Shown here in pieces: positions 13,538 through 26,553 of a stretch of DNA of 64,000 nt. The notes beneath the pieces are model-generated. The model saw only the letters and a program-made list of their open reading frames with translations. It was not told the DNA's origin and did no database searches. Every line of letters starts with the position of its first letter. Position 1 is the stretch's first letter. Position numbers and translations under genes: made by a program. This DNA comes from Lepidodermella squamata (lineage: Eukaryota > Animalia > Gastrotricha), in NCBI GenBank assembly GCA_047495785.1, contig JBLDXI010000028.1, positions 806,001 through 870,000 on the forward strand, written 5' to 3'.

Positions 13538-16500
13538 ATGGAGCGCCGCAACGGTGCTGCGCTGTGCCCGCGGCTCATCGACTATTTCGTAATAGTCGCC
13601 GGGCGCAATCCGTCCACATCCCGGCGAACCGTATGCACATCGCCGGAAATTCTACGCCGCTACCCGTTGAAAGACCACGACGACTTCCCGCTACCCGCCG
13701 ACGTTTCATTCTTCTGCCAACCCGAGGGTTGCCTCAACGTTACGCGGCAACAAATGGCTCAACTCGTCAAAAATTCGTCATTTGTCTTCTGTTTAACCGA
13801 CAAGGACACGAACAAAGTTCGCTACGGTGTCTGCTACAGTTTCTACCAGTTGAGATCGTTCGAAACTTCGCATAACACGGACGATGAGGATCGAAGTTTG
13901 CTATCAGCCCCGACGCGGCACCGCCACAGAAAGCGGTACCAGTTGATTTCGATATGCATCCTATCACACCATCCATTTTTCACGACTTTTCGCGACATTT
14001 TATTGGCGATTAAAAAATTAATTGACAAATACGAGGAGCGTATTCAACGGCTCATCCGCAGCCATCACATGGGCCGGAAATCGATTTGGGATTTTTTGTT
14101 AACCGCAACGGCTAATGCGAGCCTAGCGCAACTTGTTAATCAGGATATTCGCGAAATTGACACGTATATCCTTCGATTATTGAGTAGCCCAGTGCCGGTG
14201 CCGGGTAAAACTCGGATCGAGCTCAGCCTCGGCCCGAACTCGTTCCACCCGCCGGTTATTTTCGCCCTACCCGACCGAACCAGGTTCTCCCTGGTCGATT
14301 TTCCGATTCATTTAATCTTAGACCTGTTCGGAATTGACAAATGCCTAATCGTATTAACGGCGATTTTACTCGAGAGTAAGGTCATTTTACAGTCACGTGA
14401 CTACAACGCGTTGACTATGAGCGTTTTGGGCTTTATCGCCATGCTGTACCCGCTTGAGTATATGTTTCCGGTAATTCCGTTGTTACCGACGTGTCTGAGG
14501 GGCGCTGAAAATTTGCTATTAGCCCCGACTCCGTTTTTAATCGGAGCGCCGTCGACGTTTTTGCTGTACAAAAAGGACTTCCAAATGCCGGACGATGTTT
14601 GGCTGTTCAATTTAGACAGCGGCGAAATTCAGGCGCCGTTGAAGCTAGAAAAATTACCGAGCCTACCCGAGCCGGAAGGGTCGCTACTCAAAACTAGGTT
14701 CAGCCAGGCCCTGGCGAGTTTGTCCCTCGCAAATGTCCCAATTTCGGACAGAGGTCGCAGCCAGGTGCCGTCCGACCCTGATTCGGTCGATGTCGCTATT
14801 CGAATGGCGATGGTTCGGTTTTTCGTCTCGGAAAACGTGCTAGGCAACTGGTCTGACCATACCCGGATCATGCGGCTGTACCCGCGGCCTGTTATCGGCT
14901 TTCAGCATAATACGTTTTTGAAATCTCGCCCGGCCGGTTGCCATTTCACGGCGCAGCTCGTGAAAACGCAGGCGGTTGAGTGTTTCTGTGAATGGGCCTT
15001 GTGCCCGGATAATGACGCGTGGCTGCGCGTGTTGAGTGGCCTGACGGATGCGTCGTCGATTGGCGATAAATCGCGGTGGTTTGCGCATTCGTTGGCGCCG
15101 GTTTCGTTTCACCTGCTCGATTCGCAGTCGTCGCTGTCGAAACGACTCGCTTCACCTGATGCTGGACTTCTCGGTGAGATTTACTTTGGATAATTTAATG
15201 GTGGAAAGTGGAGATATTCCGAAAATGTTGGAAATAGTTTATGGTTTTTGATGGGTTTTAACTCAATACATCGCAACCAGAAAACTGAGCATGTAATGTG
15301 GTTCATTCGCACCTCATAAGAGCTCTAAATTTTTCCAATTTTTCTCCCCAAATTGTCAATTTCTCACAGCGAATCGTTTTCCTTTGAGAAATTACAACAT
15401 GAAATTTCTAAATATTTCGTGTGTTTAATTCTGAGAAAAATTGCCTACTCACGTGGTGAATATTTTTCCGAAAATATTCGTAATGCTTGATAGAACTCAG
15501 AATAAATGAAAAAATTCAAAAGTGGAAAGGCAACACGAGATCCTACAAAAATTTGTTTTAGCTTTGGGTCAAGCTATTCGTAAAATAACTATGTACGCTA
15601 AAATTGCTATTCGATCATAATTATGTACATGGTGTTTAAGAAAAATAACCAGTACGCGGTTTAAAATTGTCGAGCTAGAACCTGTATTTTTAGCGAATAT
15701 AGCTGAGTTAGAAAAAATTGCAAAACTATGTCTAAATAGCAATTTTTGCGTACATAGTTATTTACGAATAGCCATTCCGTTCAGCTGTTTATTAAACTTG
15801 CGAATGAAATTATTATTTCAAAGCTTTCTTGACTGCATTAGGTTTAAATTGTTGAAACTCAATTATGGAAAATTGAGCTGTTGAGGAAAATTTTTCACCT
15901 TCTTGTACATTTAATCAACCATTATTTTCTAAAAATATTTCGTAAATTGGATAAATTTAAACACATTCATGAGTTGAGAATATATGAAAAATATAATTTT
16001 CACTAATCGATAATCTAATTATTAATTTCAGGCAGTGGAACGCTGTCGATAGCCTCAAATGACCCTCCTACTGACGAATCATGCAGTGGTGAAGAATCTG
16101 ACACAGGCTCTAGCGGTAGTGTTTCGATCACGTCAATCCAAGACTACGTTCAGGACATACTGAACCAAGGCCCAGAGGCACGGCCTGAGTCCTGCGGCCC
16201 CCCAACCCGGCTGTCAGTCGAGGAGGATGAGGTCTACGCTCCGCCAGTTGAACTGCAACTACCCGAAGCTCAATCCCGGGCGCATTCAAGCGCGGCTGAT
16301 ACGACGGACAGCGATGCTGGGTCGACGGCTAGCGAAGGCCCGAGTAACAATTCGAGCCCGGGATCCAGCCGCCGGTCGAGTGTCGACCTCGATCAGCCGC
16401 TTGAAATCGGCCCAGGTGCTGCGGTTGTGTCGATGGTGGATGAGCAGCAGCAGCAGCACCAGCAGCGGGCGAGTATAGCCGAGCGGCGGGGCGGGTCGCG

Positions 16501-19500
16501 GCTGGCACCTGTCGACACGGGCCCGACGGCGCGCTCATCCGGATCGAGCGATTTCGATAGAACGCCGCAGCCAGATGGCGCGCAATTTGCGGCTCATTTT
16601 CCGCCAGATGTGAGTTTTCTTTTTTTATGATAGCTTCCCTTGAGATTTTGTGGCTTCACTTCTTCTGATTCTTTTCTCCTAGAATAAGTAATAAGTCTTC
16701 TTGTTCTTAGATGATACTCCTACTAATTTCTATTAAAATTCGGAAAATTCATAAACATGCATAATTTGAAAGGGAACTTATTTCAAAGGGAATGTCCAAA
16801 TCCTCAAAATTAATTTTGGAATTATTCGTTATCAAACGAGAATTTAGTGAATTGGAAAATAGGAATACAAAATTTAAAAATTCTCTTCTCGTGTGGATTA
16901 TAACCGAAATATTAGTCCGGTTTTGCGATATTTCCCTCGAAGCCTCACTCATTACATTCACCTGTGAAAATTCGTTAATTTTTTAAAATTAAGCTATGAA
17001 TGCTATGCAAAGCTTTGAAAGCTGAAGCTATGTTAGAAAAATGCAAAAATTGTATTCGGCCTAGTCTTTATAATCAGGATTTTCTGTCTCTTATTTACTT
17101 GTTACCGGTTTTCCTTATTGGGAATATTTTCTTCGGATTTTTCTTCTACACATTTTTTACGCATGGCTAGACTAGAATCTACTGCCAGATTTTTATTAAT
17201 TTTTTAGCTCAATTTTTTCCGTCCTACTTTAGACAAATGAAATATTTCATGAATTATCATTGCGATTTTCTAAATGAGTTTTATACGTATTTATATACAG
17301 CCTGCATCGCCGACTGCTCGAAGCGGCATACCATTTTCACCCAGCGGGTCTTCCTCGGCTTCGACCGAAAGCAGCGGGGTCGATATGACTACTCGAGATG
17401 TGTTTGCAGCTATGAAAAGTGACGTAACCGATATTGCGGCTCAAGCCAAGGCAAAGGCGCGAAATGCGACGAAGCAGTTGACTGGGTTATTAGGTATGTT
17501 TTCTCAATTTAGAACCCTTTATATTATTTTCTTCGATTTTTGAGTGGAATTTCGTTGTGTCACTTTCACTCTGATATCTTTTGTGCCGAAATATCAAAGC
17601 AGACTAAAGGCTAATAAAATGTTGTAAATTATTATTAATTGTATAGCATACTTATCCACGGGTAAATTTTTCTTAGATTTTCTGCGCAATTTTTTTAAAA
17701 ATATACTCAAAAACAATTTCGTATCATTTGTTGTGATTGTTTACTCTTTTATTTGTCGTGTCTGTGTTTATATTTAATTTTTGTCTAAAATGAAAGTTTT
17801 TAATTGTCCAACCTTGGTTTTATTCGAAATCTGTAAATTTCGATTTTGGGCTGAAATTGATTTTGCTATTGCTGTTACTAAGGTTGGACTTAAGCCTAGA
17901 AACTTAAAGCCGAATTTAGCTCACTTGACACTCCACAAAACCTGAAATTTAGTCAACACCAGATCTTTAGAAAACAAAGCAAATTTAGAAAATAGCTAAA
18001 TTCGGCTTAATATCGTCAATGGCGAATGGTCTATCTGTATCAAGTAATCTATATCTAATTCCGTTTTCTTCTGAACTGAAATGAAACCTTTCAGTTTTTG
18101 TCATGTAAAGCTTTGGGTTTTTGTTTCTGAAAGTTACCTCAGTTTCGGCAAATCTTTATTTTTTCATATCTAAATTTCAGATGAAGTCGCGGCGGCTAAA
18201 CAACGGCATGATATGGCTAAGAAACAGCAGCCTGAGCAGCCGCAAAAGCCTGGTCTAGCCCGGCAAGGGTCGGTCCAAGGCCCAGTAAGGCCGCCTCCGC
18301 CCAGCCGTGGCAATAGCACTAACCAGCCCCAACCACCTGTTGAGCAGAAAGCGCAGCAGTTACCACCGCAACCGCCGCCCCAACCAGCTCACGTTCAGCC
18401 GTTGCTGGCGGCCTCGGAAGCGATTCGCAAGCATTTGCCATCGCCACAACAGGCTCGTAGGGTGACTACGAAGATCATGGCGGCTGCAGGCGGGCAGGGT
18501 CAAACGGCACCCGGGCACCATCACAACCCGCCGGATGCGAATGAACGGACGAGCCATGTTAGGCGGTCTTACCGGGCATCGGCTGATTTAGCGCAACGGC
18601 AGCAGTCGATTGACGCGAAAAGCCAGCAACACATGTAAGAAAGCAATACAGCGTTTAGCTGGAAATTTAATCATCGTATTTGAACCTACCGATGGGGGTT
18701 CATTTGTTATTTCACCTAAGAAATTCAAAATGGATAGGAGAAACCCCCGGAAAAAACCGATGGTAACTGGTTCGGTAATTTTCGGTATTTTAGCCGGTTT
18801 GATCCAGTTTCTCCCGATTTTTTCTGGCCATGAGATCATCAAATTTCACAGGGATTTTTTATGAAATGGCTGCTCTAAATTGGGATTCTGAATAATTTTT
18901 TTAATCTGATTGATGATAAAAAATTTGATTGCTTTACACATTAAATTATAGAATCTTCAATTGGAGTTTTGAAAAAAATTTCAAGGCGTACCTTTTTATA
19001 TTGCTGATGATTTTCTACACCTTTTTTCCTTTGCAATTTCATTATTTTTATTAAAGAAACACGCGTTTATTTTTTCATGATTATCAGCGTATTCATTTTA
19101 TTCATTTTCTTACTTTTTTCTACCTAAGGATTTACTCGATCTTCGAAGGTTCGCTGTATGCGAATACGAAACCCGAATGGGATGAATTATATATCAAATT
19201 GAAGCTAGAGATCTGATCTATCTAGCTGTGATATTAAAATACTGGATGCCATTTTGTTCTTGAAGGTATTCAACGTTTTAGCCGACTGGTTGTTCGGAAA
19301 GTTTCTTCTGATTTTACCTACAATTATGTTTATTTTTCAACAAATAACTGCTAAGGAACTATTCTATTACTTAGTCTTCGCTAATTTCATCATTTCATGA
19401 TGAAACCAAAGCAATATTTGTGAAAAATACCTCAGCACCCGCGTAAGCTATTGCCTAAAATGCTACTAAAGCCAAATTTTTTGAGGTTCTATCGCTTCTA

Positions 19501-22500
19501 CTCGAGATATCACCTTCGCCTGATTGTTCTAATCATTTTTGGGGAGGAGGGAGGGGCCTTATGCCTATAAAATATAAAAACTATCCAAGGAAAACATCTT
19601 TGCAGTTCATTCTACTTACTGCTTAGTTTCTGCGAAACAAATGATGATTTTGCCGATCTGATCGCATATTTGAAAAGATTATATATCTAGCTTCAATTTG
19701 ATATATAATTCATCCCATTCGGGTTTCGTATTCGCATACAGCGAACCTTCGAAGATCGAGTAAATCCTTAGGTAGAAAAAAGTAAGAAAATGAATAAAAT
19801 GAATACGCTGATAATCATGAAAAAATAAACGCGTTTTTCTTTAATAAAAATAATGAAATTGCAAAGGAAAAAAGGTGTAGTGATTATCAGAGCCGAAGAA
19901 AACCAAAAAACTCGATGAATTATAAATTTAAGAGAATATTTATCTAATTTTTGTGGTATGCTTCTGCCATTATTTTCATGTTTTTGTTTATTTTTCCAGT
20001 GAAAATCAGCAATTTTTGTCCGATATCGTGCAAATCACCTTCGAAGGTCAAACGGTTGGTTGGCTCAAATTGAACCGTCTCCGCAAAATCCTCGAAGACG
20101 AAACGTATCGCTTATTCCTGCTGTCGAAAATCAACACGCAACTGAGCCGGAAATACCGCGACGAAGACGCGCACATCGAAGACATGGTGCTGAGCCGTAA
20201 GCAGTTCAAGGCGTTCATCGTTGTCATTCGAGCGACTGTCAGCGGGCTGGAGACGAGCTATCGCAACGGCGCATCAGGCGGCATGGCCTCGGCCTTTCTA
20301 CTGCTCGAAGTGGCGCATACGCACTACTGGCAGCCCGAGTATGGCCTGCGAGATCCGGAAATTCTAGCCGCTGCTACAGCTTCGCTTTCGTCGAATTCAG
20401 CGGCTTCTGCTGCGTCGCCAACCACTACGAGCGGGATAGCAAGGTCTAATACTGGATCGCCATTTGGATCGCGTGAACAAATTACAGGTAAATACTAATT
20501 TATTAATATGAATTTATTAATTCGTTGAAAATAATTCGTGAAAATTGAAACTGCTCCAGCCATCCGATATCCGTACTTACCATCTTTTGACTGAATTGAA
20601 CTGTTCGAAGAGTGAAAACGGGGGGAAAACCGCAGTTTGAACTTTGAAAACTAGAGGCAAAAAAAGAAACCTGGAGACTGAAAGTGCGCCGTTTTGTGCG
20701 CCATTATTACCGAGAACATATTTGAAAATTTGAAAAATTAGATTGAAATTAGGAATTTCACAATAACTAATGCGAAATTCTGTAACTTCGAAATCAAAAT
20801 TCTCTCTGACGTCTATTGAATCTATTGATTTTATTTTTGAAATTTAGGATCTAGCGGCGCAACAACCCCGCATCGCGAGGAGGTATTCCCCGTACCGACA
20901 ATCGACTCGAAGCCAGTTTTCATCGACGGCGAGCGATTCGAAAATCTGTCAACCACGCAAAAGCCACCATCGTCTTCACACCGCCCATCAGAATTACCCG
21001 TCGTGTCGATTGACCGCTCCCAGGCGCCTCGCCTCGGCTCCGGGTCACCCGGATCACCCGACCGGGCGACGATAGGGCCCACGTCAGGCGCTGGCCTGCT
21101 GAAAGCCGCCCTAATGCACCGGGGCGATTCAAGCGATTCGATTTCCAGCGGCGGCAATTCGTCGAAGCAGAACCTATCGACGACGCCGTCGAACGACCCG
21201 GCAATCGGGCCGAAAACCGCCATGACCATAGGTTTCCGCTACCGGGGCGGCAGGCTGGTCACGCTGGGCAGGGGGCAACAGCCGGTTCGTGAGTATTTGT
21301 TCCAGCATATCATCGGCAAAGAACGGTCGTGGCTGTGGGATCAAATGGGCTTTTGGGAGGAGGCATTCATCGATGCCGTAGCTCACGAGCGTGACTTGGT
21401 GGGTTATGACATGAACCCGATGGAGATGATTCAGAGATACGGCGGTCTGGCAGATGCCGAGCGGAAACGGCTCGAATTGGACGAAGATCGCCTGCTAGCT
21501 GTGCTGCTATTCAACGCAGCTAGTTACATGTTGATGATGGGGTGCAATAAGAATGAAGTGAAGCGTAAAATTCGGCGGTTATTAGGCAAATCTCACCTGG
21601 GGCTGATGGCTAGTCAGACGATTAACCAGCTGCTAGACTCGATGAACTACCTCAATGGCAATGATATTGATCTTCGAGTGCCTGTTTCACGGCTAGTCCG
21701 GCGCTACACGTTCCCCGTTCATTTAGGCACCGATAACTCGGGCGAGATGTTATTCGTTGAAGTTTGCAGTGATTCGATCCTGCTGCGATCAGTTTCCGGC
21801 CAGCAGCGCGATCGTTGGTGGTTTGATCGGCTGATCAACATGACGTACAGCCCTCGGACTAAGGTGTTGTGTCTGTGGATGAAGAATGCGGGCGATCAGG
21901 TCGAGCTGAACCAGTTCTATACGCGTAAATGCCGCGAGTTGTACAACCGCATCAAATCGGCGATGGAGCAAACCGCGGCGCTGAACCGCCTGTCGCGCCC
22001 TGGGCCGAATTTGTACGCCGAGTTTCCGGTCACGCAGATCGAGAGTGGCGCGAAAGCTGTCGTGCAAGTCACGCCGGATGGCGTCTGCATTTCTGAGCCA
22101 TCGACTTCAGTAAGTGCTATTATAGCAATCGTAACCTTGCTCATCCGAATTATGACGGGTTCATCTTCGGCATTAAACTGAAGAGTTTGGGGACCATTTT
22201 TTACATTGGTTTGATCTGCCACCACTTTCCAAGTTGAGTTCAAGTTTCAAGTAATAATGCTCGCATTTCATGGCCATAATGACGATTTCGGAATTCTTAC
22301 TTTGCATGTTCACAGCTCGACCAATTTGTCGAATTGTTGTCTCCGTTTGTACAACTTCTTGATGTTGCCTACAAGAATCTGAAACCCGAATTTCATTACT
22401 CCGTTGCTTCTCGGGAAGCGATCAATTTCAAAATTTCAAACCAAGGGGTGTTTTTTTCAAGATTTGACTTGACAGCCGTGTCCCGCAGGGTCTCATTGAC

Positions 22501-25500
22501 TACCTATTCTGTTTTTATGACTTTTCATGCAAAACTGGCAAAACGGGATGAATCTTATGAATCTATATTCAAACATCTAGGGTGATTGAAATTTTCAGTG
22601 AAATCAGAACCCGAGGCGAACTATGCGCACAAGTGGCCTACGGTTTTCGATTTTCCGACTAGTTTCTTCATTTGCCTGAAAATTCAAAAATTCGATTTTT
22701 TTGCTTGGCTGAAAAAAATTTGGCCGTGAAAGGGTTAAAAATTCCAATTACGGTAAAATACGGTAAAAAAACAGAAGTCGAAGTTGAATCAGCAAATTAC
22801 CTTTTGGTACGGGGATATTCTTGAGCTTGAAAGAACTGCTTGATGCCAGACTTCGGAATAATCATGTCATTAATCAAGTCATTATCATGAGAAATCCGTC
22901 ACATGTCTCAGTTTTCGAATTACGAACAGCTTCGCATTGGCTAGCGCATTCCTGTTCCCTGCGATGCGGCGATGTTCCCTATCACTCCGGCCGAATAAAT
23001 ATACGGAGCGACTTCTCTTAATGAATCTTTATTATGAACTCTCATCTTTAAGCATCATATCGTGCCATCATCTCAGCTCACACCAAATATGACGCGCGGC
23101 CGGTTAGACCGGTTTAATTGTGCTGGTAGTGGGTGAAAAATCTGCATTCCGTCAGCACAACGCACTCTCTGAGGCTATCTTGATACATGAATCCCCCACA
23201 TTTCCCATTTGAGGCTCGAATAGCTTCGCATTTGTTGGCGCAGTCCGTTTCGCTGATTCCTTTGATGACTTGGGAGATGCGTTCGGGTCTGAAGTCACAC
23301 ATGAAGGGCAAATAGCGGCTGTATTGATTGAGCACTTGAAAATGCAAAAGAACTATATAATTTAAATTTCAGTTGATATTTGAAATTCAATCACCTCCTG
23401 CTGGCTTCACCTCGCTGACCAGGGCTGAAACAATTAGGATAACTGCGAATTTTATGAACATGATAGTACAACTTTAACCAAAATATATGTGAAATTCAAC
23501 GAAATTTAAAATGTGAAGAATGCTCGCTGGATGCGATGAATGGCGCCAACCTGTGTCCAGAAACCAGCTGCGCTGAAGGCAAATTACACGTGGTAGTTTT
23601 TAAATCGTAAACATGTCCATAGCTCCCCTCCGCCCCCTCCGAACCCCTCATGTAAACATAGCCATAGCTCCCATCCCCGCAATTTGGCGAATGCTCGGTG
23701 GATTCGGCGATTGCGCCAGTTCGGTACAGAAAACCTGCTGCGCTCAAGGCAAATAATAACACATTGTTTTCATCTCAGTAAAATTGGCGCTAGATTCCCC
23801 CATGGTAGCTGGGTGCTTGAAAATTGGAGCAGCCAAGGTCTAAACATCATCACAAGCCTTTAGTAACGGACAGGAAAGTCGGTCGGCAAAATGTCACGCG
23901 TAAAATTGTAAAAGTTAGAACATGTTTAAAGTTGATCTGAGCCATAAAAATGAAGCCTAACCCTTTCGTGGCCATAAGGTAGATTTCGGAATTCTGAATG
24001 TTTACATGCTCACAGCTCGGCCGATTTTTCGAATTTTGTTTTTAAAGTACTACCTTCGGATGTTGCCTACACGAATCTGAATCCCGAATTTCATTACTCC
24101 GTTGCTTCTCGGAAAGGGTGATGAAAATTTTCAGTGAAATCAGAAACTGAGGCGAACTATGCGCTTAAGTGCCAAGTTTGGCATTGTCGATTTTCCGACT
24201 AGTTTCTTCATTTGCCTGAAAATTCAAAAATTCGGCTGCGAAAGGGGTAATTACCGTAGTTAATGAACTATAAGCCCCCACTCGTTTAGGTAAATTGAAA
24301 ATAGTCGATACATAGTCCTATCTCGAATAGGCTACTACGGCACGTTCGAAACGTGTGCTCTGCTGCGGCGAACCGCATTTTAAAACGAAAAATGACTGAA
24401 GATATTTAATAATCTCCGATGACCTTATATCATTCTAATTTTCAGCTATTAGACGACCTAGCTAATAACTAAAAGTGGAAACTTAGATAATTTTTGATAT
24501 GGAAAGAAGGAAAATAAAGCCAGGTCTCCTTTTCAAAAGCCTATCTCAAATTGAAGCCTAGTCTTGAACAGTAGCCTACTTTCCCCCATTTTTCGAGGTG
24601 TCATTTTTGTATAAGCCCGGGTTAGTATTTCGGTAACTTCGGTAATCGTTTATTCGTATTTTTCAGAAGTTCATCGATTTGTGTCACATCAAACGCTGTT
24701 ACGCGCAACATGGCAACGTTTTTGTCCTAGAACTATTCGGTAAGTGAACAAAATCTGAATTTACACGGGCGATTGCATTTTTCACCCGATTTCAGATCAA
24801 GAATCTGGTGCTCTTAAACAGCTCAAAATGCTGTCGGATCAGGTTAGTCATCATTACTTTTCGTTCGCTTTTTTCAGTCCTGATTTTCCCCTATTAGTCG
24901 TTGTCCGCTTTTCGTGATATTGTTGTACCACACCTATTTTATTTTCACTTATTTTTTGTGTTATTTTTCCGTTTCGTCTCGTGTCCACCCTACGTGTTGT
25001 GACCTGTCCTGTCCTGCTGCTATTTGCCGCTGCTGCTATAAAAAAGGCTATGAGCGTCGCCTTTGCCATTCATCGCGTCATCTCCTTCCAATTCACCCGG
25101 CTTTTCCTTAACACATCATCATCGCACCCGAATTTGGACCAGAGACCGCTATCACGAGCCACGTCCTTACTACCCAGCGCTATGCGGCGACCGCACCCGA
25201 ACAGACGCCCCCGTCTAGCTTCATCGGACCAACGATACGCTTCGGACTCGGAGGAGAACCACGAACCTTTTTTGAACAACGCCCTCGGTCGAAAACCGCC
25301 GCCCTCCTCGCTGAGCTACCCGCTTTCGGTGACGAGTGCTAGCAATGACAATTTAGCCTTTGGCTGTGCGAGTGCGGCGCACGGCGTCGGGGCGATGGCG
25401 ATGGCACGGCCGAATGGCAAGGCCAGGGCGCCGGTTTCGCTGACGTATACGACGCCGGTGAACGCCGATGTGATGGCGAATCGAGCGCCGTCGCCTGAAT

Positions 25501-26553
25501 GATGATGACGATGATGCTGTGAATGCGGCTTATTTTCCCAGACACACCAAATCTGCCTATATATTCTCCTTATTTTTGTTGTGCGTGATTGGTCTAGTTT
25601 TTTTTATACGTTTACTATTCAACTTTCAACGTAAAACGGCTTCCACAAAAATTTGGATCGAAACGAAGTTCATGAAATCTTGAATTCTAAATCTTGTATT
25701 CTAAATTTCAAAAACTTTAGATTTGCAAATTTCGAATTGGGCAACTTTTCGACCTTTGCCGATGAGAAGAATTGACTGAAAATTAAGTCAATTGATTACT
25801 CTAAAGTGGTCAAATTTCTAGATTTTTCAATGATGAATTTTCTTTTAACCTTTTTTTACTTAAAATTGGGCTGAAAATATTTTGAAAAAAACCAATGACT
25901 ATTCTGAATTTGCATTTCTGAACATTTATCGAAATCGTAAATTTTGCGATGGATTTCTTGAAATTTCATTTCGATCCGAATGTCAATCGAAATGGCCAAA
26001 TCCATGCCTGTTGGTGAGGATTCTATTGCCCAATTTACTTCGCTGAAGGGTAAGATCTGAGGTGAGGGCTTCCAAATGAGTGAAAAATGGACCGCCATTT
26101 CGATTGGTCTTGAATATGAATTTGGCTATTATTTATTCACGTTGTGGCTTTCCTTCAGTTTTTCCGCACTGCTGACCAAAACACCTACTTTCTCATAATC
26201 TCTATTCATTTTCCTATATTAATTTTTTTCTGATCTGAAAAAATAACAACCCGAGTCAATTTTTCATTTATAACTGATTTTCGTGCGTGAATGATTCGTC
26301 ACAGGCCGATCAGATCTGCTACAACGTGCTGTGCGTGATATCGATGGTCGCCTCGGCCGCTTCGAACCCGCCATCGGTCGCTGGCAGTACTGGGAGCAGC
26401 AGTTTGAGCGACCCGCCGCAACAGGGCGCCGCGAAAGTTGCGCAGCAGCAACCGCCGCAAATGATGCCGAGCCACGTGCCGCTGTTGCCGGCGCAGTCAA
26501 ACCCGCTGGCGGTGAATTTGAAGCTCGACAGCCTGCAGACGAAACGCTGGTAA
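13538..26553 (+). CDS. MADD: MAP kinase-activating death domain protein / Rab3 GEF (DENN domain; aex-3 ortholog), ~1659 aa
   Basis: Exons 13538-15173, 16032-16609, 17301-17493, 18181-18634, 20000-20487, 20848-22109, 24667-24739, 24796-24842 and 26305-26553 are phase-consistent (4980 nt in total). Motifs: CPRLIDYFVIV, PEILRRYP..DH.DFPLP.DV.FFCQPEGC, LQSRDYNAL, ENQQFL, LLEVAHTHYW, LWDQMGFWEEAF, RKRLELDEDRLL, LINMTYSP.TKVLCLW, ADQICY.VLCV. Confidence 0.95.
15573..15772. repeat. MITE-like inverted repeat in MADD intron 1
   Basis: GCTATTCGTAAAATAACTATGTACGCTAAAATTGCTATT at 15573 pairs with AATAGCAATTTTTGCGTACATAGTTATTTACGAATAGC ending at 15772. Confidence 0.65.
19015..19880. repeat. Long near-perfect inverted repeat (~195-bp arms, ~480-bp spacer) in MADD intron 4; foldback/MITE-like
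   Basis: Arm ~19015-19209 is the reverse complement of ~19687-19880 with very few mismatches (e.g. GATTTACTCGATCTTCGAAGGTTCGCTGTATGCGAATACG / CGTATTCGCATACAGCGAACCTTCGAAGATCGAGTAAATC). Confidence 0.9.
22262..22738 (+). mobile_element. piggyBac-like non-autonomous element, copy 1
   Basis: Homologous to 23961-24250 (shared CCCGAATTTCATTACTCCGTTGCTTCTCGG and TTTTCCGACTAGTTTCTTCATTTGCCTGAAAATTCAAAAATTCG). Ends GGCCGTGAAAGGG|TTAA. Confidence 0.6.
23114..23461 (-). CDS. Small secreted PAN/apple-like Cys-rich protein (~95 aa), nested antisense in MADD intron 6
   Basis: Exon 23461-23395 encodes signal peptide MFIKFAVILIVSALVSEVKPAG. After a 60-nt phase-1 intron, exon 23334-23114 encodes ..MCDFRPERISQVIKGISETDCANKCEA...CGGFMY.....CVVLTEC... 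A clear paralog lies at 35793-36121. Confidence 0.8.
23961..24250 (+). mobile_element. piggyBac-like non-autonomous element, copy 2 (internally deleted relative to copy 1)
   Basis: Starts (CTAA)CCCTTTCGTGGCC and ends GGCTGCGAAAGGGG(TAA), an imperfect TIR with TTAA-like target. It is a direct repeat of 22262-22738. Confidence 0.6.
25047..25502 (+). CDS. MADD: Candidate alternative terminal exon of MADD
   Basis: AG at 25045-25046 opens a phase-0 frame compatible with the donor after 24842. It begins AMSVAFAIHRVISF, which aligns gaplessly to ADQICYNVLCVISM of exon 26305, and stays open for 151 codons. Confidence 0.6.
   Translation, partial: AMSVAFAIHRVISFQFTRLFLNTSSSHPNLDQRPLSRATSLLPSAMRRPHPNRRPRLASSDQRYASDSEENHEPFLNNALGRKPPPSSLSYPLSVTSASNDNLAFGCASAAHGVGAMAMARPNGKARAPVSLTYTTPVNADVMANRAPSPE

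Noticed and set aside
23496-23762. 88-aa minus ORF with two GSYG repeats upstream of the nested PAN gene
   Set aside because: Driven by a short DNA repeat (CCATAGCTCCC), and there is no equivalent at the paralog.
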